Positions 39,841-49,364 of a stretch of 64,000 nt of DNA are shown here, one piece after another. Where the stretch lies: IMG/VR virus record IMGVR_UViG_3300030107_004520, positions 4,092-68,091 of that record; one strand, written 5' to 3'. The notes under the pieces are model-generated. The model made no database searches, was not told the DNA's origin, and saw only the letters and a program-made list of their open reading frames with translations. Numbering within the stretch: position 1 is the first letter of the stretch; every line of letters starts with the position of its first letter. The position numbers and the translations under genes were made by a program. This stretch comes from a virus.

Positions 39841-42258
39841 CTAATCTATTTGTGGTGTGAACTTATCTAAACCAATCCCTCCACCTAGTACGTCATGACC
39901 AGATGATTCGAATTTTTTAGGTGGTCCACCCGTTTTTCTTTGTTGTATAAGCTCGCTTTGTTGTGAAGCTTGCATTTTTGTTCTTTCGTCTTTTCTATCC
40001 TCTTTCTGTGAATCAGTTAAAGTTCCTGGTGTTGGTCCCTGATCTTGGTTCATCTTCATGTTTAACTCAAACTCATGATCCATTAACTCTTTCTTTAACC
40101 TAACCTCTTCAGCTAAGTACGCAAGTTTATTATCAGATTTTTTCTGCTCTAACGCTAGCTCAGCCTCTGATTTAGCTTGATTTTTCTGCATCTCTGTTTG
40201 TGCCGCAGCTTGTTGAGCTTGCGAGTTAGCTTGAGCTTGTGCCTGCATGTTTTGTTGTTGTATTTGCTGATCTCGCTCTTGCTTCTTTTTCTTCTTTAAC
40301 TTTAATAGTTGATTTGCTAGTTTTAAATTTTTAACCTGCCTAACATCTATAGCGTCATCTAAATCAATTAACTGTTGTGATAGTGCTACTTGAATATTAT
40401 TTTCTAATAACGCTTTTTCTTCTTCGTCTGGTTCTAACTCTATAAATATACCAAAATCATAAAGATGTAATTCTGACATCTCGCTTAATGTGGCTACATT
40501 ATGAGCACCTATAGCTTGAATAAACGCATCTGCTGTTGGTGAGTATTCCAATATGTCTGATATTCGAAGTGATAACGCTTCAGCAACCTCAGCAGTTAAG
40601 AATAATCCAGATTGTAATATATGTCTAGTTGCTACATTTGAATTTGCAGCAGCCATCTTTTGAACACCGACTAGACTATTTGGATCAGGAGTTCCAGCGT
40701 CTCTAGCTTCATTTAACCCAGTAGTATCTCTTATCATTTGTAAGTAATAATTGTAATTACTGATAAGTGCTTGCATTTTGTTACCACCAGCACCACTAGC
40801 TATCTGTTGTATAGGTATTTTACCAGGATTTGGGTCACCATCTTGAGTCATAGACCTACCAATAACACTACCAGTTTGAAAGAACATGTTTAACGCCTCT
40901 TGTGGATTATAGTTAGTACCATTACCTAAGTCTATTTCAGCTAAACCGTCAGCATCTAAATAAACTCCATCTGGTACCATACGAGACATCACTTGCTGTA
41001 TTTTTAAGTGTGTTAACTGAATCATATCTGCAAAACCAGTTACTCTACTGACTAAAGACTCTATTTTACCGTTATACATTCTAGGAGCTACTATACTGTA
41101 ATTCATTTTAACCTTGTTGAAATCACTTTTTTCCCGCATCATATTCTCTGCCTTTTCCCACTTAAGTAATTTGTTTGTACCCAAAACAATAGCGCCTTCA
41201 AACAAACACTCAACAGACCTTTGTAATCTAGTAAAGGTACTTTGCATTTCTTCAGGTGGATTAAAGGTATCTGGTTTAGATATAACTTTCTCTGCTCCAC
41301 TACCAACTTCCTTAATTTTATAAACATCGCTCATAAAAGTCTTATAGTTAAAATATAAAACTTCAACCGTATTTTTGTCTTGTATTTTTTGTCTAGAGGG
41401 GCTACTCATCGAATGCTGAGAACCGCTTTGTATATCTTCTAGTTGTTCAAGTGTTAATTGTGGAAATTGCTTGACTAATTCATTTATAGGTATAGTTTTA
41501 ACTTCGCCTACATAGTATATATCATCAAAGTAAGGGTTGTCAGTATATGAATAAACTAAGTTTGCTGGGTCTACGTAATCAACAGCCACACCGTCACTAA
41601 AATTAAACGAAGTTTTTACACAAGCTATACCCAATACTGTTAAGTCATATAGTAGTCTTCTTCTTATAAGATCGTAGTTGTTTCCATCTAGCAAAACATT
41701 TATAGCCTGTTCTTCGGCTATTTCCACAGCCTGCTTATAGTTTAACTGCATATGTAATGCTAGTTCTTCAGTAGTTTCAGGTAGAGATTCTTTATCGTTT
41801 TCATAAAGATCGATATTAAACTGAGTTTTTGCAGCATCATTAAACTCTCTAGACTGCATATCTCTAATTATAGATTCCATGTACTCAGTTCTCTTACTAA
41901 CGCCGAACTGATCTTGTGAGTATGCTTTTATACTAAACATTCTCTCAGACATACCATTAACAACTATATCTACAAATTTAGGTATAATTGGAACTGGTTT
42001 CCAATCTAGATTGAGGTAAGATAGGTCACCATTTGTCGACAGTTCATCTTTATATTTTTGTATTGATTGTTCTCCCCGAGCATATAGTCTTAGGTTATGA
42101 AATTTAGATTGTGAATCAGAAAATTTATTAATTTGTTGTCCGGCAAACCACTCACCCTCTATAGCTCTAGCTACTTCAAGACCGTATTCGTGGCTCATTT
42201 TCTCAGCGTCACTTACGACTTGGGATGGAAAATTGACATACGCGACATTTCGATTCAT
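39841..42258 (-). CDS. Portal protein
   Basis: 805 aa right after TerL; LDWKPVPIIPKFVD; Q-rich C-terminal coiled coil. Confidence 0.8.
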   Translation of the reverse strand: MNRNVAYVNFPSQVVSDAEKMSHEYGLEVARAIEGEWFAGQQINKFSDSQSKFHNLRLYARGEQSIQKYKDELSTNGDLSYLNLDWKPVPIIPKFVDIVVNGMSERMFSIKAYSQDQFGVSKRTEYMESIIRDMQSREFNDAAKTQFNIDLYENDKESLPETTEELALHMQLNYKQAVEIAEEQAINVLLDGNNYDLIRRRLLYDLTVLGIACVKTSFNFSDGVAVDYVDPANLVYSYTDNPYFDDIYYVGEVKTIPINELVKQFPQLTLEQLEDIQSGSQHSMSSPSRQKIQDKNTVEVLYFNYKTFMSDVYKIKEVGSGAEKVISKPDTFNPPEEMQSTFTRLQRSVECLFEGAIVLGTNKLLKWEKAENMMREKSDFNKVKMNYSIVAPRMYNGKIESLVSRVTGFADMIQLTHLKIQQVMSRMVPDGVYLDADGLAEIDLGNGTNYNPQEALNMFFQTGSVIGRSMTQDGDPNPGKIPIQQIASGAGGNKMQALISNYNYYLQMIRDTTGLNEARDAGTPDPNSLVGVQKMAAANSNVATRHILQSGLFLTAEVAEALSLRISDILEYSPTADAFIQAIGAHNVATLSEMSELHLYDFGIFIELEPDEEEKALLENNIQVALSQQLIDLDDAIDVRQVKNLKLANQLLKLKKKKKQERDQQIQQQNMQAQAQANSQAQQAAAQTEMQKNQAKSEAELALEQKKSDNKLAYLAEEVRLKKELMDHEFELNMKMNQDQGPTPGTLTDSQKEDRKDERTKMQASQQSELIQQRKTGGPPKKFESSGHDVLGGGIGLDKFTPQID

Positions 42259-42261
42259 ATT

Positions 42262-44481
42262 TTATTTTTTTATTAATTTTGACATACTTCCTTTATTGTT
42301 ATATCTTGCTATGTTTAGATTTAACTCTTGCTTCTTTCTATTTGGATTTGGTGCATACAAGTGTCTATTACAAGCCATTATCGCTAATCCTGAGCTTATC
42401 GTTGCATCAAACTTTGTTCTTTTATTTATATCGAATCTAGACCACTCGTTTAGAGTCCTATTAAAATACATGTTACCATAATTACCATTACCTAAATGAC
42501 CAACGTGGCTCTGTATATACATCTCTATAGCCGCCGCGTGTGCTTGTTTTATATCTTCACTTGAATTAGGTATTCCACCAACTTCCTTTTCCGCTGCAGA
42601 AAGTTTGTTCCAAACTCTATCAGGTCTATTCATGCTAAACCCTCTATAACCTCTTCTTCTCAAATAATATAATAATCTAGGTTTATTATTCTCTGCAAGT
42701 ATTGGCATTCCATAAAACACTAAAGCCATCAATACATCTTCAAAAAATATATCAGCTGTTTGTGGTCTAGCTATATATTCTAAAAAGAAACTATTAGCTG
42801 GAGCATCTTCCATGCTGAATTTAGTCAACCCATGCAAAGCTCCCTTAGAACCTCTTCCGTCAACGGTACCAGATATATCATAAGAATCACAACCAAAGGC
42901 TCCCATGTGTTCATTGCCAGGGTATCTAATACCATTTTTTAATATAACTTTATTTTGCAAATGTACTTGTGGTACCCAGCTTACATGAAACCTTCCTTTA
43001 GGATCTGGATAGAATATAACATTAGTATCTTTAATACCGTTCACCCACTGGAAATTCCCTATAGACGTGCCACCATGTTGCCTACTTGCGCCGTTGTAAT
43101 CTATCTGCTCGTATATTTTTATAAGATTAAATATACTGTTTTTTGTTTCATCTCTAAAAGCATGGTCCTCAGTTCTTGGGAATTGTCTATAAAACTCATT
43201 TAAACCATCTTGATCATCTTTTAAACCATCAGCCTCATTCTCCCAGTGTTCTATTATACCATAATCTATTAATTCACCGTCAGGTCCGAAGACATCATCG
43301 TCAGGATTATTGAATACTGGAAATCCATGTTCATCAATAAATCCTTCGTAGTTCCACTCCATTGGGATAAACAAAGAATATAAACCAGACTTTGTTTGTC
43401 CATTACGGTTCCTTTTAGTGACGTCTGAATCATAGTATAGTTTTTTAAAGTTATCACCACCTTTATCTAACGCGTTGCTAGTTGATCCCATCATACATTT
43501 ACCAACTATCCTACTACCTAATCGTAAACATGTTTTTGTAACTCTCCAGTTGTTTAATATATTGTCTGGTCTCTCCCACTTACCACTTTCATCATGTACT
43601 AGTAAATTTAACTTTTCACCGTCATAGCTATTATCACCAGTGTTCTTCCAATCTATAGTTGTATCCAACCCAACTATTTCCTCTAACCTCTCATTGCTCT
43701 GTATTTTCTTTCTCGTAAACTTACTAGCTGGCACTCTATACGCTAATTCTGATTTAGGTCTATCCATACCATCTTGAATAGGTTTAAAGAAAAACGGGTA
43801 GTTTATACTAATAGGCACGACTTTGTCTGTAAACATTTTCTTAGCGTCTGCACCTGTTTTAGAAAGTATCCCATATCTAGAATCACTCGCTAAAGTGGCT
43901 AAATTAACTGTTTCTGCTGACGACATGAAAGAAAAACCAGAACGACGGTTTTTAAGATAACATATACCATAGCACCTCTTATCAGCCTTACATGCCTCCC
44001 AAAATATATAGAACAATCTATTTGCTTCTCTAAAATCTGGAGCGCCTACATCAATTTTACTCCATTGTAAATACATATAGTGTGTTCCTGTTATATAAGT
44101 TGGCTTGCCATTATTAGTAAACCAAAAACCCTCCTCTCTTCTCTTGAACTCTTCATCTATATAGTCGTACCACTGCTCTTTAGCTTCTTCTGGATAGCTT
44201 CTCCAATCAAATATATTTTTAAGTCTAGATAATTCTTTGGATATATCGATTTTCTCCCACTTGTTCTTCTTACCTTTAAACACTTTTTTAGGTGCTTTTG
44301 GTAATGCTATTCTAAGACCTTGTATTTCGTATATTTCACCTATGACACCTGTCTTAGAAATAACCACAATATCATGTTCTTTGTTGTGTCCGTATCTCCA
44401 TTTCTTACCCTTATTAAGTCTACTTATCGTAGTCTTTTTTATAGGTTCTACTATTTTAATTAATGTTTGCTCGTAACTCAT
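42262..44481 (-). CDS. terL: Terminase large subunit
   Basis: Walker A-like KNRRSGFS, Walker B LLVHDESGK, motif III GST, nuclease GCDSYD...FDATISSG. Confidence 0.9.
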   Translation of the reverse strand: MSYEQTLIKIVEPIKKTTISRLNKGKKWRYGHNKEHDIVVISKTGVIGEIYEIQGLRIALPKAPKKVFKGKKNKWEKIDISKELSRLKNIFDWRSYPEEAKEQWYDYIDEEFKRREEGFWFTNNGKPTYITGTHYMYLQWSKIDVGAPDFREANRLFYIFWEACKADKRCYGICYLKNRRSGFSFMSSAETVNLATLASDSRYGILSKTGADAKKMFTDKVVPISINYPFFFKPIQDGMDRPKSELAYRVPASKFTRKKIQSNERLEEIVGLDTTIDWKNTGDNSYDGEKLNLLVHDESGKWERPDNILNNWRVTKTCLRLGSRIVGKCMMGSTSNALDKGGDNFKKLYYDSDVTKRNRNGQTKSGLYSLFIPMEWNYEGFIDEHGFPVFNNPDDDVFGPDGELIDYGIIEHWENEADGLKDDQDGLNEFYRQFPRTEDHAFRDETKNSIFNLIKIYEQIDYNGASRQHGGTSIGNFQWVNGIKDTNVIFYPDPKGRFHVSWVPQVHLQNKVILKNGIRYPGNEHMGAFGCDSYDISGTVDGRGSKGALHGLTKFSMEDAPANSFFLEYIARPQTADIFFEDVLMALVFYGMPILAENNKPRLLYYLRRRGYRGFSMNRPDRVWNKLSAAEKEVGGIPNSSEDIKQAHAAAIEMYIQSHVGHLGNGNYGNMYFNRTLNEWSRFDINKRTKFDATISSGLAIMACNRHLYAPNPNRKKQELNLNIARYNNKGSMSKLIKK

Positions 44482-44753
44482 TTCGATCTTCCTTCTGCGA
44501 ATCCCTTAAATACTCTTTCTTTCTTCTCTTCAGGTTCTTTACCCTCGAGAATATTCTCTTCCTCTTGGATTCTATTAAGTATTTCAAAAGCATCAAATAT
44601 GGCGAGTTTTTTGGTAGCGGCAGCATTCTTAAGTCTGTCTGCAGTAATATCATCTCCACTATCAACGATAGCTTCTTTTGCCACTTTGATAAGCTCATCA
44701 ACCGCCTTGTGCCCAGCTTGGATTATACGTTTCTTCGTCTCCTTGGTGTCCAT
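44478..44753 (-). CDS. Putative terminase small subunit
   Basis: Small helical protein overlapping the TerL start. Confidence 0.45.
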   Translation of the reverse strand: MDTKETKKRIIQAGHKAVDELIKVAKEAIVDSGDDITADRLKNAAATKKLAIFDAFEILNRIQEEENILEGKEPEEKKERVFKGFAEGRSK

Positions 44754-45288
44754 ATTTTATTGTAATTAAATTTGATAAAACTCTATATAATTTCTTTCCA
44801 TCTATAACAAACTCACACTCTGTTTTAGGTACATAACCTATAACGTCACCTATATCAACTGTACCATCAGTATACTTAACTATACCCATTAGTGGTTTTT
44901 CTATATCTATATTAAATTGGTCCTTATCTTTCATAGGCTGTATGAAACAATAACCTTTTGGAGTTTTCCACCTACTATCTCTTTTATATAGAAATATTTG
45001 ATCTGACGTTATAAAGTACGTGTCTTTGTCAAAATAGCTTCTACTATTCTTTTCCTTACCCCTAACATTGTACCATCTACGAAATACATTAAAATGTGTA
45101 ATCACTTCATCCCCAGCTTTTATTTCGGTTTCTCCAACAATAGGTGTTGATATAACTTTAGCTAATCTATTAACATACTGATGATTGCTTATTTCTGTAT
45201 TTATAATTAGCTCCGAATTACCTACTTTCTTTTTATTATTGTATCTTTCTCCTATAGGCTTTACAACGAAGTTGTAAACACTTTTCAT
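44698..45288 (-). CDS. Tandem GroES-like (co-chaperonin-fold) protein
   Basis: Two repeats of F[VI]xP...G.V..[IV]..GD.[VI]. Confidence 0.5.
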   Translation of the reverse strand: MKSVYNFVVKPIGERYNNKKKVGNSELIINTEISNHQYVNRLAKVISTPIVGETEIKAGDEVITHFNVFRRWYNVRGKEKNSRSYFDKDTYFITSDQIFLYKRDSRWKTPKGYCFIQPMKDKDQFNIDIEKPLMGIVKYTDGTVDIGDVIGYVPKTECEFVIDGKKLYRVLSNLITIKYGHQGDEETYNPSWAQGG

Positions 45289-45509
45289 CAGTACTCTAGA
45301 TTATATTCTACTGATACAGCCATGTTTTTGTTGAAGTCTTTCCAAGGTAATACGTCTTTATCTTTTTTGATATAAACAGAAAACTTATCATCTTCTTCTA
45401 ATATATCACAAATAGTATGTCCACCATAAACTTCTTGACCAACAGCATAATGCATGGCATCATTTTTGTAGTCTTTACCTACACTAATTTTTCTTATTAA
45501 CTTCGCCAT
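45288..45509 (-). CDS. Conserved hypothetical protein
   Basis: IRKISVGKDYKNDAMHYAVGQ; translationally coupled. Confidence 0.6.
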   Translation of the reverse strand: MAKLIRKISVGKDYKNDAMHYAVGQEVYGGHTICDILEEDDKFSVYIKKDKDVLPWKDFNKNMAVSVEYNLEY

Positions 45510-45516
45510 TATTATT

Positions 45517-45777
45517 TTATTTATAGTTTATAACACCATCTTGAATATTAATATCAGCTGTACCGTATTCTTCTTCAAACTTCTTTTGTAATCCCATTAT
45601 TGCATTATTTAGTTCAAATGCTCCGTGTAACATGTCGTGCTTTCTAGATTCCAAATTACCTATATTCATATGTATTCTATTTACGTCTGATACTAATTTT
45701 TGCAATTTATCTAGTTGTTCACTAGATATTTTATCTGGTCGAAGATCTTTAATCTTCGGTGTTTTTCTTTTTGCCAT
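45517..45777 (-). CDS. Coiled-coil hypothetical protein
   Basis: Heptads ending EEYGTADINIQDG. Confidence 0.55.
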   Translation of the reverse strand: MAKRKTPKIKDLRPDKISSEQLDKLQKLVSDVNRIHMNIGNLESRKHDMLHGAFELNNAIMGLQKKFEEEYGTADINIQDGVINYK

Positions 45778-45806
45778 TTTATTTAATTTAAGTTAATTAT
45801 TTGTTT

Positions 45807-46559
45807 TTAATACTCGAAATGTAATCTAAATGTTATTGGGGCTTGATTATACACAATATCATTATTTACTACAGCTGTTGTAAACGCTGATTCAAGAGTT
45901 ATTTGAGTTGCTGAATCAATACTTTTAATAATACCCATATCTTTAGACACTGATGTATCAGCTGTTGTTGTAACCCCTATAGTATCACCTACCGCCATGA
46001 ATAATCTTGGATCTGTACCATCAACAGTTAATACTGGACCTGTTAAATCCCCAGCGTTGATTAATGTTTCAGATCTAAAATCAAACGCTCCTTCAGCTAT
46101 AGCTGCCATGTAGTATCTATCATAACCTTTTGTAGTTACTTGCGGTCCAGGGTTACTAAAAAACATACCACAATTCACTTCACGACATTGTGTGTAAGCA
46201 GTACTATCTAAATGCGCCTCATGAGCCTCCCAGCTACCGTTCGCAATAAAACCCATCATATTATTTGAAAGATTAACAGCAGATCCTAAAGCAGCTGAAT
46301 TTACTGTACCTATACTACTTGGAGCAGTACCATCTTGATTTGCTTTGGCAAGTAGTAAGTCTAAATCAAACTCATTTACTGTTGATCCCGAGTCACCCTT
46401 AGGTCTTATTTCTTGATCTATATGTAACAATCTACATGTTCCTTTTGGTACATCAAAAGCGTACCAGTCAAATAAAAGATCATTCTGTGCAAATGCCGCA
46501 TGCTGTCCAGCCGCAACGTTTGGTATTGTTGGTTTTACTTCTACTGTAAAATATCCCAT
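45807..46559 (-). CDS. Putative virion structural protein
   Basis: Beta-rich; SIDSATQITL fibre-like motif. Confidence 0.5.
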   Translation of the reverse strand: MGYFTVEVKPTIPNVAAGQHAAFAQNDLLFDWYAFDVPKGTCRLLHIDQEIRPKGDSGSTVNEFDLDLLLAKANQDGTAPSSIGTVNSAALGSAVNLSNNMMGFIANGSWEAHEAHLDSTAYTQCREVNCGMFFSNPGPQVTTKGYDRYYMAAIAEGAFDFRSETLINAGDLTGPVLTVDGTDPRLFMAVGDTIGVTTTADTSVSKDMGIIKSIDSATQITLESAFTTAVVNNDIVYNQAPITFRLHFEY

Positions 46560-46563
46560 AATT

Positions 46564-46956
46564 TTATTTTTTTACTTTTTCTAGTGAGCGTCCGCCGAAA
46601 TAGGCACCGATCACAGTTATTAATACTAATTGTAATAAATCCACCCATGAAGCTTTAACTTCAAAAGCAATAACTCCAGCATCAATAAAAACTAACAATA
46701 CTGTAGATACTACTAGAAATATTAAAACTAGTGGTCTTATATTCTTACTAAGCCATGAATCAGACTTCATATCCATTGCCCATCGTTCTGTTACTTGTTT
46801 TTGCATTTCAGCCTCATAACCCATTACTAGGTCTTTAATCTTTCTTTCGGCCTCCATTTTTTCTTCTTTAGATGTAGTTAAGTTATCTATAACTCCACCT
46901 ACGTTTTTTACTAACTCCCCAGCTCCTGCTGAAAATATTTTACTTATTATACTCAT
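46564..46956 (-). CDS. Holin (GTA 3TM-holin-like)
   Basis: DMKSDSWLSKNIRPL, TM segments, AYFGGRSLEK. Confidence 0.7.
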   Translation of the reverse strand: MSIISKIFSAGAGELVKNVGGVIDNLTTSKEEKMEAERKIKDLVMGYEAEMQKQVTERWAMDMKSDSWLSKNIRPLVLIFLVVSTVLLVFIDAGVIAFEVKASWVDLLQLVLITVIGAYFGGRSLEKVKK

Positions 46957-46959
46957 TGT

Positions 46960-47268
46960 TTATTCGTCTATTTCGTCTCCTATATTTTCTATATACTTTC
47001 CTTTATCGTCTTGTCTAACTCTAGAGTAATCTCCTATACTATATTGAGGATAATCTCGAGCTTTATCACCTGTCTGCTTAAACCTCGATTCAAAATCAGA
47101 CTCATCTACATGATCACCCACTTTGTAGTCTGGCCAACCATATAACCTTTTACCTTTACCACTAGCAGTTGGATCATCACCTTTTGTGCTTTGTTTACCT
47201 GCCATTGGATTTTCTTTTTTTAATGCCGACGAATTCATCATCGGAAAACCTTTCATTTTAAATGCCAT
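46960..47268 (-). CDS. Small protein with FKMK N-terminal tag
   Basis: MAFKMKGFPMM. Confidence 0.6.
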   Translation of the reverse strand: MAFKMKGFPMMNSSALKKENPMAGKQSTKGDDPTASGKGKRLYGWPDYKVGDHVDESDFESRFKQTGDKARDYPQYSIGDYSRVRQDDKGKYIENIGDEIDE

Positions 47269-47271
47269 AAT

Positions 47272-47667
47272 TTATACGTTTTTAATTGCTTTATTTGCTA
47301 ATTTTTCCCAAGGAAAAGAACGATCACCTTCATCTAACCATTTACCTTGATATTTTATTTTACCATCTTTTCTATGGTATGTTTTTCCTCTAAACCTCAC
47401 CCAATCATCACCATAACCTAGCTCACCACTTCGCATTCGTTTCATGTGATCTTTCTCATGCGCTTGTATCTGTTTGTCTAATTTGCTACCAGGTTCAACT
47501 TTACTATCAACAACTATTTCACCGTTGTTATTAGCTTCACCTAAAACGCCATCTTCTAAATCCTTCCTAACCACTTTGCCTTCCGAAGAGGATTCTGACT
47601 TCCCAAAATTAAACATCTTACGTCTGTTCTTTAACTGGAAATTTGTATTTTTTTGAAAATTAGGCAT
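47272..47667 (-). CDS. Small HExxH zincin-like protein
   Basis: GVLGEANNNGEI...AHEKDH...FPWEK. Confidence 0.55.
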   Translation of the reverse strand: MPNFQKNTNFQLKNRRKMFNFGKSESSSEGKVVRKDLEDGVLGEANNNGEIVVDSKVEPGSKLDKQIQAHEKDHMKRMRSGELGYGDDWVRFRGKTYHRKDGKIKYQGKWLDEGDRSFPWEKLANKAIKNV

Positions 47668-48107
47668 TATCTATCTTTATCTTTAATCATATCATCTATA
47701 GCTTTATTATAAACTTTATCTGTATATGATTTATTTTTATAAAATACACTTCGTTCTGAAGTGGGTAAGTCTTCCTCACCTAATAGGATACGATATATCC
47801 TACTAATCATTTGAGAGCATTTCCAAGATGTTTTAAATACTGAGTACATTATAGTAGTTCTATTACGATGTCTCCAAGTATCTATCCAACCATCTCTTCT
47901 TAATCTTTCCCATCTGTTTTTATCCCATGAATAAGTATATACTCCGTCCATGAAATCTTTTCGTGTAAATCTTCCTTTACAATCTAAATAAATTAATAAT
48001 TCTAAATCTGCATCTTTTAACCCGTAAGTTTTACAGACCCACTTTCTAGTGAGCCTGTAATACTTAAGGATATTCATTTCACGCAGATCTTGCGCGGTTA
48101 GTCGCAT
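47667..48107 (-). CDS. Putative winged-helix DNA-binding protein
   Basis: DLELLIYL...FTRKDF...WERLRRDGWI pattern. Confidence 0.45.
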   Translation of the reverse strand: MRLTAQDLREMNILKYYRLTRKWVCKTYGLKDADLELLIYLDCKGRFTRKDFMDGVYTYSWDKNRWERLRRDGWIDTWRHRNRTTIMYSVFKTSWKCSQMISRIYRILLGEEDLPTSERSVFYKNKSYTDKVYNKAIDDMIKDKDR

Positions 48108-48110
48108 CTA

Positions 48111-48530
48111 CTATGATAATGCAGCAGCTTGAGTAATTGCTCCTACAGAAGTAATTCCTGAGTGAACATATACAGCAGCTTTAGTAGAACCATCGTAATC
48201 AGTAGTTGCATCGTCACCAATAACAACAACACCATCTGAATGTGGGTGTCCATTAGCAGCTTCTGCAATTGCTACTAAAACGTCTTTTGCTTTACCAGCA
48301 GTTACGTTTAGTACAACGGTATCTTGTATAATGATCTCACCGTTTTGTCCTGCTCCAGCTTGATTCAAAGCTGATTTAAAATACAATGTGATAACATTAG
48401 CAGCAGTTCCTCCTGAAGAATTAGTAGGTATTGCACCCATAAATCTATCAACTGGAATCATAGCTGAGTTACTTTTAGCATCATCATCATCTTCATCAGC
48501 GTCTGTTCTGAAATAAAAATATTTTCTCAT
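48111..48530 (-). CDS. Structural-type protein, paralog of 48563-49030
   Basis: YFYFRTDADEDDD...LYFKS...DTVVL...VYVHSGIT. Confidence 0.55.
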   Translation of the reverse strand: MRKYFYFRTDADEDDDDAKSNSAMIPVDRFMGAIPTNSSGGTAANVITLYFKSALNQAGAGQNGEIIIQDTVVLNVTAGKAKDVLVAIAEAANGHPHSDGVVVIGDDATTDYDGSTKAAVYVHSGITSVGAITQAAALS

Positions 48531-48562
48531 TTTAATAATTTTTAAAGTTAATAATTAATTTA

Positions 48563-49030
48563 CTATGATCCAGCGTGAACTGCTACAGCTGCTAATCCAG
48601 TAGCATTAGTATCAGAGGTATAACCTCCAAAACCAGTGATATCTGGATGGATAAATACTTTATCCACAGTACTACCGGCTACATTTGTTGTTACTGTATC
48701 AGCAACTACAATTAAACCAGTTTTACTACCATTAATAGCTTGAACTATACCATTCATTACTTCTCTATGTTGATTAGAATTGATTAATAATGTTACTGAA
48801 TCTGAAATAGTAATCTCATCAGCTTGATCATCTGCTCCTTCAGTGTTTTTAATACTATCGAAGTATAATACCAACGTTGTATCACTAAGTGGATTCATCC
48901 ATTTTAGGTTTTTTGCTGGTAGTAAAACAGATGAAAGCTGTGTAGCTGCTCCGCAGTTACCGTCATCATGATCTTCATCAGCAACAGTTCTAAAATATAA
49001 CATAACATCCTTTGCTTCTCTATACGCCAT
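48563..49030 (-). CDS. Structural-type protein, paralog of 48111-48530
   Basis: LYFRTVADEDHDD...LYFDS...DSVTL...VFIHPDIT. Confidence 0.55.
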   Translation of the reverse strand: MAYREAKDVMLYFRTVADEDHDDGNCGAATQLSSVLLPAKNLKWMNPLSDTTLVLYFDSIKNTEGADDQADEITISDSVTLLINSNQHREVMNGIVQAINGSKTGLIVVADTVTTNVAGSTVDKVFIHPDITGFGGYTSDTNATGLAAVAVHAGS

Positions 49031-49106
49031 AATTTTAAATTTTTTTTGTTAATAATTAGTTAATTTTACGTTTTTGTGTTTTTGGGTTTAGGTTTATGGT
49101 TTAGGT

Positions 49107-49364
49107 CTAATCTATTAATACCACGTCACCTGAGCGGATAACTTGGTATAATATATCTTTATATTGCACACCATGACCAGCGTGCTTATCATAATATACA
49201 ATATCTGTTTCTTTTATCCCTTCGACTAAATTTCCTATAGAAATAACTTTAGCCTTTATATACCTATTGTCATCATCTAAATCTTCTGTCATTAATAGGC
49301 CAGCAACCTTTTTAGGTTCTGTTTTTATATTTTCTACGATTATATAATGGTTAACTGCTTTCAT
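49107..49364 (-). CDS. groES: Co-chaperonin GroES
   Basis: AGLLM mobile loop, AKVISIG..V..IKETD; adjacent to groEL. Confidence 0.75.
   Translation of the reverse strand: MKAVNHYIIVENIKTEPKKVAGLLMTEDLDDDNRYIKAKVISIGNLVEGIKETDIVYYDKHAGHGVQYKDILYQVIRSGDVVLID

Noticed and set aside
1355-44481. Inteins or introns in nrdJ or terL
   Set aside because: Both ORFs are continuous, of normal length, and lack intein splice motifs
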